Source of the DNA: a virus
Strand: one strand, 5' to 3'
IMG/VR virus record: IMGVR_UViG_3300019360_000008
Location: 1 to 64,000 of that record
DNA length: 64,000 nucleotides
Position 1 is the stretch's first letter, and every line of letters starts with the position of its first letter. The notes beneath the pieces are model-generated. The model was not told the DNA's origin, made no database searches, and was given only the letters and a program-made list of their open reading frames with translations. Shown here in pieces: positions 39,194 to 48,577 of this stretch. Both the position numbers and the translations under genes were made by a program.

Positions 39194-39865
39194 ATGAAAC
39201 AGTATATCAAACTGTTGGGAGATGTCATGACCAAGGGTTATGACGATGTTCTCACCAATCCACTCATCGGAGAAGTTCGCCAGGTTATTGCGCCGCAGCT
39301 AAGGTTTGATCTGGCCAAAGGCTTCCCGCTGCTAACCACGCGCCCCCAGGACTTTGAGAAGCTCCGGGACGAGGCGCTCAACATTATGCATGCGTCAAAT
39401 GCCCAGGACGTCGTCCGCGGCATTACGACAACCCAGGAAGACCGGACGTTCAACGTGCCGGTCACGGACGGAATGCCCGTCCGATGCGAAATCATCAACG
39501 AGGGACACGAAATACACTGCATCTTGTCTTTAGACTCTGTCGATGTTGTGTCCGGATTGCCTCGCGTCATCGCCCTTTATGCCATCGTGGTTCGTCTGCT
39601 CAGTCGCGAATCTGTGGGACGCTATGACGGCACATTGGTACTGAATATCGGCCGCGCGTTCGTGCGCCACAAGGACTTCAAGCTGGTAAACACGCAGATA
39701 AACCGCAAGCCCCTGAAAATGTGCAAGCTGCAGTTCAATCCGGAGCGCTCTAGCTACAAGGACTCAGTGCCGGACGACCTTACGATTGTCGATTACATCT
39801 ATCACGACGAAATCGATGAATTGACGGGTCTAGCGCTAAACAAAACAGATGGAGTTAAATCCTGA
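39194..39865 (+). CDS. Thymidylate synthase (ThyA)-fold protein, apparently catalytically inactive
   Basis: MKQY.., RFDLAKGFPLLTT, S.D...GLP..IA.Y and C-terminal I.DY retained; catalytic PCH, R166, N177 and H207/Y209 equivalents replaced. Confidence 0.8.
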   Translation: MKQYIKLLGDVMTKGYDDVLTNPLIGEVRQVIAPQLRFDLAKGFPLLTTRPQDFEKLRDEALNIMHASNAQDVVRGITTTQEDRTFNVPVTDGMPVRCEIINEGHEIHCILSLDSVDVVSGLPRVIALYAIVVRLLSRESVGRYDGTLVLNIGRAFVRHKDFKLVNTQINRKPLKMCKLQFNPERSSYKDSVPDDLTIVDYIYHDEIDELTGLALNKTDGVKS

Positions 39866-40193
39866 CGTGGTGCCCGCAACGGTAGAGGAGGCGATCACTA
39901 TGCTGACCGCCGCCTTATCGCCCGAGGAGTGGGCTACATTGCGACAATCATCACCCGCTGAGTTCCACTTCTCCGCTGGAACACAACTGCGCGACTTCTG
40001 GAGTTTCTGGGAGGAAATGACTCCACTCAGAAACTCCTTCAGGAAGCTGGGACTGTCCCATCCGGACGATCTTAGCGGCTACCTGTTGGAGTACCTTTGC
40101 AAAACTGCAAGGGATGAACCGTTCGATTCGGATGCCTACATCAAGAAGGTACAAAATCACTGGATCAACACGATCGGAAGAGCAATACCATGA
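39849..40193 (+). CDS. Hypothetical protein (DUF6794-like)
   Basis: HF..G..LR..W......L...F..LG..HPDD.S..LL pattern; family name from memory. Confidence 0.55.
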   Translation: MELNPDVVPATVEEAITMLTAALSPEEWATLRQSSPAEFHFSAGTQLRDFWSFWEEMTPLRNSFRKLGLSHPDDLSGYLLEYLCKTARDEPFDSDAYIKKVQNHWINTIGRAIP

Positions 40194-41296
40194 GTCAGTT
40201 CAAATTTGCATGGATGAGTGACACACATGTCGGTTATCGTCAGTACGGCTTGGAGCGGCGCGAGTGTGACTTCCGGCTATCCTTCATCGCTGCCGTGCAG
40301 ACGGCCATTAACGTGGGCTGCAAATTCGTCATTCATTCTGGTGACATCATCCACAACAACCGGCCGACTGCCCAGACGATACTGTGCCTAAAGGAAGCAC
40401 ACGACCGGCTAAGGCAGGCCAAAATTCCGCTGTGGGTCGTCAGCGGCAACCATGACTTCAGCGAGCCTCACTGGATCCAGACCATCAACCCGGACAACGA
40501 CAAGGACGGGATCTTCCTAATCGATGGTAAGATCGTGAAATATGGCGGATTCACCGTCTACGGCTGTCCCTGGCTGCCACGCGAAGGCTTCCTTGCCTCG
40601 ATACCTCAGATCCCCGACGCCGACGTAATCGTGTGGCACGGGGCGATCTCGGAGTTCGTCGGGTTCCCTAGAGCGTCCGCATTAAGGCTGGAAGAGCTTC
40701 CGCTAAGCAAGTGTCAGTTATGGGCGGCCGGCGACATCCACGTCAACCGAATGCTTACCGTCGAAAACAAGGTCCGCGGCGGGGTGACCCATGTCGGCTA
40801 TCCCGGATCGACCGAGATGAACTCTTCTTCTGAGCCGGACGAGAAGGTCGTAAAGATTGTTTCGGTCGAGGACAACAAGATTCTTAGGCTGGATGACCTG
40901 CCGGTGACCACCCGAAGGGTAGTGCGTTTCACGATTAGCTGCGAGGATGATGTCTCGCATCGAATCGATGAGTTGAAGGCTATGGCTAACGGTGATCGGT
41001 TCTCGCCGTTAGTCTATATCAAGTTCCCTAGCAATCTGGGATTCGACCTGCCGGGGCGATTCAATACCGCCCTCAACCCAAACGAATTCGTATTGCGCTT
41101 CGAGCAGGACACGGTGGCCCGCGAGGAGTCCGGAGATTACGTTCCGATCGTCAACATGACATCATCCCCCGAGGACATCCTGCACACAATGCTGCCGCCC
41201 AATAGTGACATCCTGCCAGTCGCCCGCAAGCTAATCGACCCGGCCCAGGACGCCAGCCGCATTTTGGACGAGTACATCGACGCTGTCTGCCAATGA
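40190..41296 (+). CDS. sbcD: SbcD/Mre11/gp47-like nuclease
   Basis: SDTHVG, SGDIIH, SGNHD, WHG, GDIH and YPGS metallophosphoesterase motifs. Confidence 0.9.
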   Translation: MSQFKFAWMSDTHVGYRQYGLERRECDFRLSFIAAVQTAINVGCKFVIHSGDIIHNNRPTAQTILCLKEAHDRLRQAKIPLWVVSGNHDFSEPHWIQTINPDNDKDGIFLIDGKIVKYGGFTVYGCPWLPREGFLASIPQIPDADVIVWHGAISEFVGFPRASALRLEELPLSKCQLWAAGDIHVNRMLTVENKVRGGVTHVGYPGSTEMNSSSEPDEKVVKIVSVEDNKILRLDDLPVTTRRVVRFTISCEDDVSHRIDELKAMANGDRFSPLVYIKFPSNLGFDLPGRFNTALNPNEFVLRFEQDTVAREESGDYVPIVNMTSSPEDILHTMLPPNSDILPVARKLIDPAQDASRILDEYIDAVCQ

Positions 41297-41577
41297 GACA
41301 GTTTATCTACGAACACGCATTAACTCCAGGCGGGCTCGTAGAAGACCCTGTTTGGATAATGACTATCTTCTGCGAAGGTCAGTTCCTTGGACGCTACGGC
41401 TACTGGGAGCTGACCGACGCGGAGATCGAGGACGCCGCAACGTTTCGGGCGTCTGCACTGTTGGGGGTATCCTTTCTGGACCTCAAGCTGCACAACTGTG
41501 TGATCGCGTTGACCAAGTGCAATGACATGATCACGATGCGGTATAGTGACACTACCATGTGTTTCCATAAAATATGA
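41293..41577 (+). CDS. Hypothetical protein between sbcD and sbcC
   Basis: 94-aa ORF with ATGA overlaps on both sides. Confidence 0.55.
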   Translation: MRQFIYEHALTPGGLVEDPVWIMTIFCEGQFLGRYGYWELTDAEIEDAATFRASALLGVSFLDLKLHNCVIALTKCNDMITMRYSDTTMCFHKI

Positions 41578-44060
41578 TCATCACACGGCTCATACTAAAA
41601 AATTTCGGTCGTCACCGTAACCTAGACATCCGCCCACACGCCCACGTGGTAGGCATGCTCGGTGAAAACGACGCCGGTAAATCCACCGTCTTGGAGGCTG
41701 TGCAGTTTGCAATAACTGGAGAAACACCGTACGATCAGGATTCCTACGTCACGTACGGCGAGGACAATGGATCCGTCGAACTCACCTTCATACGCCACGG
41801 CCAAACCGGTACCATCTTCCGTCAGGTAGGCAAGACACCAAAGCGCACGCTGGTGTGGGAGGATAAGACCATCAAGGCAGCCAAGGAAGTTGACGAGATC
41901 ATGGCCTCGATTCTTGGCGCCGACAAGAAGGCTGTGAGCGCCGCAGTGTTTATTCCACAAGGCGACCTGCAGAACCTCCTGTTTGGAAAGCAGTCTGACC
42001 GCGAGGTCTTGTTCATCCGGTTGGTCAACCTTGCGTTTTGCGAACAGACCGCCAAGATACTTGACGGTAAGATCAAGAAGGTTTCCAGCACGGTGCTGGA
42101 TCTGACGACCGTCATCGACGAAGCCCGTGTGGTCCTACAGCAGACAGACTCCGCACTCGCCGCGGCCCGCACTGGACTGGCTGATCTGCACGACCTGCAG
42201 AACGTCCTCAACAGGGGCCAGCAGCGTGCCAACGTGAAAGCCCAGAAGGAAACGGCCCAGCACCAACACCGAGACGCCTGCCAACGCAAGAACGAGAAAG
42301 CTTCGGCACTGACAGCCTTGTTGACTACCCGGGGCTTCGTCGAACCCGGAGCGGTGCGGGCGCAGATTGGTATACTGAACAACCTTCGGTTGCCTATCGT
42401 CAAGGACATTGACCGGATCACTAACGACATTGCCAAGCTGGAAAGACTGAACACGCTGGCCCAGCAGTTCAATGAGGCGTCCGAAGCAGTTTCCCAACTT
42501 ACGGCCAAACATGGCGCCGCCGTGACCCTCCTACCGCCGGACCCCAACTCGGCCGTTGCTGAGCTGCAAAAGCTTAGTCGCGAAGGTGCGGAGTATCAGC
42601 AATTCGCCAACAGTGTCGATTCGTTCGTTCAAGAAATCGCCCGACAGACACACGAACTATCGCTGGTGGTTGTGCCTGATCACTCTGCAAGGCTGGAAGT
42701 GCTTGGACGTGAAGTGATGACGCAGCGGACGCTGCTCGATCAGAATCGTCGATGGCTTGCCAGTCAGGAGCAGATCCAGAAGTGCAGCAGCAAGGCTGAC
42801 GCTGAAGGTAAATGCAAGGACTGCGGCCTGCGGCTGGCCCCCCAGCAAGACTTTGATCCCGCTCTGATGGATACGTTGCGTGCCGGCATCAAGACCACCG
42901 AGGCTGACATCTCGGCTAAAGCGCTGGAGAGTAGCCGACTACTGGGCGAGCAAAATGGTGCCCTGACCCGGCAGACCGATCTGAAGCGGAGCGTAGAATT
43001 CTTGAGCCAACAGCTCGCTCAACAGCGTGAAAACCTGAACAAAGTACCGCACGCCAAATATGTCGATGTGGAATCGGTGAACCGGCAGATCCGGGAACTC
43101 ACCGACCGCATACGAGATCTGGCCAACATGGCGGACGAGCTGGAGAAAGGTAAGCAGAGACGGGACAAGATCGGCAAGGACATAGCTGACGTCGGCATGG
43201 TCGATAGCTCCCAGGTCAGCCAAGAGTTGCTGACCCGGGCGAGATCACAGCGCGACACGATTGACGCCCAGATCCGAGACCTGACCGCATTCGACCAGGA
43301 CGTTACCAAGCTGGCTACCGACCTACGGATCGTCGAGACACAACTGCAGACAATCGACGAACAAATCGAGACCTGTGACAACACGCTGGCGGGCCTCCCG
43401 TTGGACGTTGAAGAGGCCAACTTGCTAACGCGGTTCGACGGTAAGCTGGATCTCGTACAGGCCGAACTGCAGGCCCGGCACGACCGATGGTTGCAGCAGA
43501 ACGGCATGGTGATCGAAGCTCAACGTGCGAACATGGCTGCCCAAGTTAGAATCAAGGAACTGGAGGAACGTGCCAATCAGGACTCTAAGCGGCGGTCGTG
43601 CCTGAACCGACTGCAGGAACTCAAGGCCCTCATGTCCAGGCAAGGATTGCCGGGCAAGTACGTCGCGCACAGGTTCACCCAGCTGGCCATGCTGACCCAG
43701 GCCCATCTGACCAAGATGGTGTCCCGGTTCGATGTCTACATTGACCCAGAGATCCCGCTGTCCTTCCGCTTCAAGCGTCGAGATGATGGAGCTGACCTGC
43801 CAATGACCAAGCTGTCTGGCGGGCAGCGGGTGCGCTTATCGCTGGCGTTCCTGATGGCTGTCCAGGAAGCTTTGGTGCCCGACGTAGGGCTCTTGGTGCT
43901 GGACGAGCCCTCGATGCACCTGGACCTCGCCGGCAAGGCCAGCTTGGCCGAGCTGTTGACGGAAGCCGGGCAACGACTCAGTGTCGGCGAGTCCCAGATT
44001 TGGGTCTCCGATCACGCAATCGAACTGGAGCCCTCCTTTGGGGTCACGGTTCGTCTTTAA
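41574..44060 (+). CDS. sbcC: SbcC/Rad50/gp46-like SMC ATPase
   Basis: Walker A GENDAGKST, Q-loop IPQG, zinc hook CKDC, signature LSGGQ, Walker B LLVLDEP, H-loop. Confidence 0.92.
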   Translation: MIITRLILKNFGRHRNLDIRPHAHVVGMLGENDAGKSTVLEAVQFAITGETPYDQDSYVTYGEDNGSVELTFIRHGQTGTIFRQVGKTPKRTLVWEDKTIKAAKEVDEIMASILGADKKAVSAAVFIPQGDLQNLLFGKQSDREVLFIRLVNLAFCEQTAKILDGKIKKVSSTVLDLTTVIDEARVVLQQTDSALAAARTGLADLHDLQNVLNRGQQRANVKAQKETAQHQHRDACQRKNEKASALTALLTTRGFVEPGAVRAQIGILNNLRLPIVKDIDRITNDIAKLERLNTLAQQFNEASEAVSQLTAKHGAAVTLLPPDPNSAVAELQKLSREGAEYQQFANSVDSFVQEIARQTHELSLVVVPDHSARLEVLGREVMTQRTLLDQNRRWLASQEQIQKCSSKADAEGKCKDCGLRLAPQQDFDPALMDTLRAGIKTTEADISAKALESSRLLGEQNGALTRQTDLKRSVEFLSQQLAQQRENLNKVPHAKYVDVESVNRQIRELTDRIRDLANMADELEKGKQRRDKIGKDIADVGMVDSSQVSQELLTRARSQRDTIDAQIRDLTAFDQDVTKLATDLRIVETQLQTIDEQIETCDNTLAGLPLDVEEANLLTRFDGKLDLVQAELQARHDRWLQQNGMVIEAQRANMAAQVRIKELEERANQDSKRRSCLNRLQELKALMSRQGLPGKYVAHRFTQLAMLTQAHLTKMVSRFDVYIDPEIPLSFRFKRRDDGADLPMTKLSGGQRVRLSLAFLMAVQEALVPDVGLLVLDEPSMHLDLAGKASLAELLTEAGQRLSVGESQIWVSDHAIELEPSFGVTVRL

Positions 44061-44124
44061 CGATAACGTAAACCGGCGGTCGAGATACCCACGCTCGACC
44101 GCCGGTCATTCTTTAACGATAACG
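44054..44124. repeat. 15-nt direct repeats enclosing a perfect 13-bp inverted repeat
   Basis: TCTTTAACGATAACG at 44054 and 44110; ACCGGCGGTCGAG (44072) / CTCGACCGCCGGT (44094). Confidence 0.9.
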
Positions 44125-44126
44125 AT

Positions 44127-44480
44127 ATGAAGATTCCACCCATCGAGGTAGTGAAGAAACTCACAGAATTGTACGAAGAGATCGACGCACTGCGCAAACA
44201 ACACGGCATCTCGAACCGCGGAGATGTTATCTGGAAAGCTGACTTAAACAGTGTCGACGATCGATACATCATTGTCGTTGCCGAAGGTGACGGTAGTGCT
44301 ACTTGCTCGCAGGTCAGCGGCAACTTTCCCGTGGACTACATGACAGAAAGCAGCAAAGACTTCAGCTTGGAAAGCGATGCCCGTAAGTTCGCGAAATCCG
44401 TAATCGAGTCCGAATTCGGCGACGGTGACTTTGATCTCGCCTGCGAGCTGTGGGACCAAGAACCCTCTCAAGGGAATTGA
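44127..44480 (+). CDS. Acidic hypothetical protein
   Basis: 117-aa ORF. Confidence 0.6.
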   Translation: MKIPPIEVVKKLTELYEEIDALRKQHGISNRGDVIWKADLNSVDDRYIIVVAEGDGSATCSQVSGNFPVDYMTESSKDFSLESDARKFAKSVIESEFGDGDFDLACELWDQEPSQGN

Positions 44481-44505
44481 CATAGTGCTGGGTCGACCAC
44501 ATATT
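44477..44505 (+). promoter_or_regulatory. Promoter TTGACA-N17-CATATT, 8 nt before the RAMP-like ATG
   Basis: Perfect -35 and 17-nt spacer. Confidence 0.65.
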
Positions 44506-44513
44506 GAAACTCG

Positions 44514-45107
44514 ATGATCATCCTCATCAAGATCCGACTGACCTCCCCCATACTAGGCGAGAATCGTCTGGACAGCCGTGGTGTGCGCAAATTCAAGAAG
44601 CGTTCGGGTGGAGATATATTGATCGACAAACGTCACTGGAATGAGCAGTTGGACACGGCCAAAGGAATCCTGAAGCTGCCCGTCAACAACAGCTGCGTTA
44701 TCATCCCGGACAAGTATGTCTCGCCCACGCTTCATCTTTACAGACGGCGCTTCAGCGGCACAAAGATTGAATTGTTTGAGTCTATCAGGACCGGGACTGT
44801 CCTTACCTTTGAGCTGGCCACGCGCGAGGATCAGCCGAACTGCCCGACGCTCGATCAGATCGAAAAGATGCTTGTCGTGATCGGTGAGCATCTGGGTCTA
44901 AGTCAATGGGGTTCCAAGTTCGGTTTCGGCCGCTTCAAAGTGCAAACCTGCCTACAAAAGAATGTCAACCTCCCTAGTGAGTCAACAGATAGTATGGTCG
45001 TCGAACAATATGACGATCATCAACCCGCACCCGGCGCAAGAGAAGTATCTGCACTACCAACACAAGAGTCTGGAGCTAGTGGGGTGGAAACGGGAAAGTC
45101 GAACTGA
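44514..45107 (+). CDS. Stand-alone RAMP-superfamily protein (Cas7/Csm3-group-like)
   Basis: beta1 IKIRLTSPILG, SCVIIPD, FESIRTGTVLTFEL and G-rich loop GLSQWGSKFGFGRFKV in RAMP order. Confidence 0.7.
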   Translation: MIILIKIRLTSPILGENRLDSRGVRKFKKRSGGDILIDKRHWNEQLDTAKGILKLPVNNSCVIIPDKYVSPTLHLYRRRFSGTKIELFESIRTGTVLTFELATREDQPNCPTLDQIEKMLVVIGEHLGLSQWGSKFGFGRFKVQTCLQKNVNLPSESTDSMVVEQYDDHQPAPGAREVSALPTQESGASGVETGKSN

Positions 45108-46413
45108 GACCGTACGGCTCTTCCAGGTCATTCACGCCGAGAATCCTCGGATCATACAAACCTTTCAAGGGTTTGTAGATGAGATAGTCAACCTAGCAGT
45201 ACGCAACAAAGTTACGTATGAGCTGTTGGACCGTCGTACATGGTTACCGCAGCCCGACTTGACCAAGGCCGGAGGCTTCCGTTTCAATCAGGCGCAGCTG
45301 TTTGAAGAGTTCATAACCAAGCAACGTTCCGGTCTCCTGCAGGCTTGCACCAGATATGGCAAAAGTTCCTTAATTGCAAACACGATGCGCGTCTACCCGG
45401 GCGTCAAGACCGTACTGGCCGCCCCTGGCGTTGACTTGCTGGGGCAGCTCGTGGACGACATGCGCAAGAAGCTTCCGGGTCGTGAGGTCTTGGGTATCTT
45501 TACTGGCTCACGTAACAAGAAGCAGTCTGACGACATTACCGTCACCAGCCTGGACTCCTTGGAGAAGGTGGACTTTGAGGGCACCAAGCTTTTGCTGATC
45601 GACGAACCCCACGCTGCAGTCAGCGAATCCCGGGCGCCCCTGCTGGCCAAGTTCACGAACGCGCGTGTGCTCGGTTATGGTGCGACCTTGTCCGGCCGTT
45701 TCGACGGCGCAGACAAGCTCATCAGAGGGCTGATGGGGCCGGTACTGGCGCGACGTACCTATGCGGAAGCGGTGGCCGAAGGTGCCATCTGCCCCATCCA
45801 TGTCTGGATGGTCAAACTGTCGTTTCCGAAGTTCAGCGCCTACAATCGAGACCGCGCCTATCGCGACCTCTTGTACGCCAACAAGGACTTCAACCATCTG
45901 GTCAAGGCGCTGTCCGACACCATCATCCCCAGGGAGTTCCAAACCATCATCTTTGCCGACGAGAAGAAACAGATCGAGCTGATGGCTGAATTCGTCCCTT
46001 CCAGCGAGCAGGCGATCGCCTGCAAGATGAAGCCGGCCGAACGCAAAGAACTGTTTGGGCGCATGGTACGTGGGGAAATCAAGCGGTGCATAGCCACCGA
46101 CATATTCTCGACCGGTGTTACGTTCCCGGACGTGAGGGTTGTCATAAACGCTTGCGGAGGAGGAGGGGGCATTACCTCCACTCAGAAGCCTGGTCGTCTG
46201 GCCGAGATCCGTCCCGGAAAGTCCAGGGGGCATGTGATCGATTTCTTGTTTACCTGCCAGGATTTCCCTGATGAGGCAATCAGGGAAGTCGACATCAGAC
46301 AGAATCCCTGGAAGTATGTTGTCCTTGACAGCGCCGCTCGCCTCAAGGTCTATCAAGAGAACGGATATGATGTTCGGATCGTGGACTCCATTGACGAGAT
46401 CAAAATTGAATGA
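44962..46413 (+). CDS. Superfamily 2 DExH helicase (UvsW-like)
   Basis: CTRYGKS, LIDEPH, GAT, TGVTFPDV, QKPGR; alternative start ATG 45010. Confidence 0.85.
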   Translation: MSTSLVSQQIVWSSNNMTIINPHPAQEKYLHYQHKSLELVGWKRESRTETVRLFQVIHAENPRIIQTFQGFVDEIVNLAVRNKVTYELLDRRTWLPQPDLTKAGGFRFNQAQLFEEFITKQRSGLLQACTRYGKSSLIANTMRVYPGVKTVLAAPGVDLLGQLVDDMRKKLPGREVLGIFTGSRNKKQSDDITVTSLDSLEKVDFEGTKLLLIDEPHAAVSESRAPLLAKFTNARVLGYGATLSGRFDGADKLIRGLMGPVLARRTYAEAVAEGAICPIHVWMVKLSFPKFSAYNRDRAYRDLLYANKDFNHLVKALSDTIIPREFQTIIFADEKKQIELMAEFVPSSEQAIACKMKPAERKELFGRMVRGEIKRCIATDIFSTGVTFPDVRVVINACGGGGGITSTQKPGRLAEIRPGKSRGHVIDFLFTCQDFPDEAIREVDIRQNPWKYVVLDSAARLKVYQENGYDVRIVDSIDEIKIE

Positions 46414-46550
46414 ACAAGAAAACGCCGACTGCCGATATGGTCGGTAAGACATCCAGAAGGATGCAGGTGGTAGAAAAGCTGACCGAGGTTCGACTCGACA
46501 GGACCTTTGTGTTAATCTGTGGCCCGCTCGACGGCCATATATGAAAACTT

Positions 46551-46645
46551 CGTGCGTCGCTGCGGAAGGTACGCAGAGCCAGACAATGGAACGTCCGTAA
46601 TATCCAATAGGGACAGACCCGGTTTCGAGTCCGGGACGCACGTCA
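46551..46645 (+). ncRNA. tRNA-like RNA with a degenerate anticodon arm
   Basis: Acceptor CGTGCGT/ACGCACG, D-arm CTGCG-GAAGGTA-CGCAG, T-arm CCCGG-TTTCGAGT-CCGGG abutting the acceptor; no CCA. Confidence 0.65.
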
Positions 46646-46649
46646 TACT

Positions 46650-46961
46650 ATGAAGTTGACTGACAAGCAGATAAACTGGCTGATCAAGCAGACGGATGTA
46701 ATTGAGATAAATGGCTCAGACTACGACGAACTGCACACGCTAGGACATGACGTGACCGGCAAACCGGACAACACGGTGGTCTGGGAAGCCTCATTCGAGG
46801 ACGAAGATCTAATATACGAAGAAACCATCACGCTTGGAGATCTACGCCACGGTGAAGTATGCGATGATGACGACCTAATCACTGCAGACGGCAGGGTCTT
46901 GGTCTTCAAGTGCGGACAAGTTATCGAATTGAAAGAACTTAACAATGAAGATCCAAATTGA
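46650..46961 (+). CDS. Acidic hypothetical protein
   Basis: 103-aa ORF. Confidence 0.6.
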   Translation: MKLTDKQINWLIKQTDVIEINGSDYDELHTLGHDVTGKPDNTVVWEASFEDEDLIYEETITLGDLRHGEVCDDDDLITADGRVLVFKCGQVIELKELNNEDPN

Positions 46962-47202
46962 CAGAACCCTCTATTTCGAGATCGTCGGTCGACCCGGCAA
47001 GCCCTCGACGATCTCATCCAATCTGAAGTTGGAAGACGTAGACGATCAAGAAGATCAGGCATGGAACAACCACATAGACATGCTAGAAAGTATGATCCTT
47101 GCTCATCACGTAGCCGGGATAGATGTCACGTCTGAAGCCTATCTGGCCGGCATACGCACTGCGGTGGAAGTCGCGAGTAACGTCATATCGGAGATGGTGT
47201 AG
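46945..47202 (+). CDS. Conserved phage hypothetical protein
   Basis: D.LESMILAH..AGIDV.S.AYL.GI.TAVE pattern. Confidence 0.65.
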   Translation: MKIQIDRTLYFEIVGRPGKPSTISSNLKLEDVDDQEDQAWNNHIDMLESMILAHHVAGIDVTSEAYLAGIRTAVEVASNVISEMV

Positions 47203-47236
47203 GTCACTGCCCGATCCTGGGTGAACCTCTGAATCT

Positions 47237-47413
47237 ATGGCATTACTGACCGAAGATGTCGTCCTCGATACGATTGCTGCGTACTCGGAGAAACACCCGA
47301 TGACACGCCAGCAGGTTGAAGACCTGGTGGAGCTGCTTGCAATTGAAATGTCGCCAACCGGATGGAAGGGGCTGAAGGCTTCAATCCTGACCCGCTTGAC
47401 CGTGCCCGCATAG
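47237..47413 (+). CDS. Small hypothetical protein (58 aa)
   Basis: Manual translation MALLTEDVVLDTIAAYSEKHPMTRQQVEDLVELLAIEMSPTGWKGLKASILTRLTVPA fills the gap. Confidence 0.55.
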   Translation: MALLTEDVVLDTIAAYSEKHPMTRQQVEDLVELLAIEMSPTGWKGLKASILTRLTVPA

Positions 47414-47437
47414 GGCTGACCCTCGTAGAATCACAAT

Positions 47438-48577
47438 ATGAACTTGATGACCGCAAATCAACAGTGGATGAGCCGCCCAGCCGACCAGCGTTTTGAAACG
47501 CTCGAAGCCTTGGCCGCCTCTGTCAATGCCCGTCGCAAACTGTCCACGGCCGTTGACATCGACTTCCGCAAACTTCATGTCGAGTCTCAAACGATCGACA
47601 TCTCGCAGGTCGATGCGCCGCCCATCCAGGGCAGCCGTCTCGTCTTCAACAGCGAGATCCAGCCGGCCATACCGACACACTGGTCATTCGGCCAGATATG
47701 CCGGGAAACCAGGATGTCATCTGACACCATGCGCCGTCTCCCGACCAACATCGTGGCCGACGCACTTAACTACCGCCTGCAGAGGGTCGAGAAGCCCGAT
47801 CTGAAGCTCATGGCCATTCAAGACCCGGAAGGTGAAGTCAACACCCTGCAGGCCGTCACGAGCCGCACGTACGGTCGTATCTGGGATGCCGACGTCGTAC
47901 AGGCCACCCAGAACCTCGTCGCGACTGCCGAGGAGAAGCACGGCAAGAAGTTCTTCAACCCCAAGGACTGGTCTGGCAAGCCGTCCGGCCTGTATGCGTC
48001 TGACCACGACGTCTTCCTGTTCATGATCGACGGCGGTTCCGTCGTCGACGTGGGCTGGGACCAGAAGGGTCAGCGAGACCTCATGCACCGAGGATTTATC
48101 ATTCGAAACTCCGAAGTCGGTGCCGCAAGCTTTGGGATCATGATGTTCATGTTCCGGGTCGTATGCGGGAACCATTGTATATGGGACACATCTGACCTAC
48201 GGGAGCTTATGATACGACACACCGCCAACGGTCCGACGCGCTTCGTCGCCGAGGCTATGCCGCACCTGGAAGCATATTGCAACCAGGCCGCCAAGCCACA
48301 GGAGGACGCGATCAAAAAGGTGCGCGGGTTCCTGCTGCCGCAGAAGGACGACGATATTATTGTCCTCGGCAAGAAGTATGGCTTCACTCGCGGAGAAACC
48401 GTGGCTGCTATCGCGTCAGCCAAACGAGAAGAAGGTCAGTGCGCCACCGGATGGGACTTAATAAACGGGTACACTGCTCATGCCCGTACGTTTGAGCATA
48501 TCGACACTCGCCTTGATCTCGAAAGTCGGGCCGGTAAGCTGATCAACGTGTTCAGTGCCACGGCCGTTACGGCCTAA
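47438..48577 (+). CDS. DUF932-family protein
   Basis: QWMSRPADQRF.TL, PTHWSFGQ, YGRIWDADVV, LYASDHDVFLF, RGF...NSEVG, R.VC.NH.IW; TAGAAT box 6 nt before ATG. Confidence 0.75.
   Translation: MNLMTANQQWMSRPADQRFETLEALAASVNARRKLSTAVDIDFRKLHVESQTIDISQVDAPPIQGSRLVFNSEIQPAIPTHWSFGQICRETRMSSDTMRRLPTNIVADALNYRLQRVEKPDLKLMAIQDPEGEVNTLQAVTSRTYGRIWDADVVQATQNLVATAEEKHGKKFFNPKDWSGKPSGLYASDHDVFLFMIDGGSVVDVGWDQKGQRDLMHRGFIIRNSEVGAASFGIMMFMFRVVCGNHCIWDTSDLRELMIRHTANGPTRFVAEAMPHLEAYCNQAAKPQEDAIKKVRGFLLPQKDDDIIVLGKKYGFTRGETVAAIASAKREEGQCATGWDLINGYTAHARTFEHIDTRLDLESRAGKLINVFSATAVTA

Noticed and set aside
45508-46641. Long antisense ORFs (377 aa here; also 21194-22108, 41822-42547, 55525-56271)
   Set aside because: Shadow frames of GC-rich genes with clear motifs on the opposite strand; no recognisable domains
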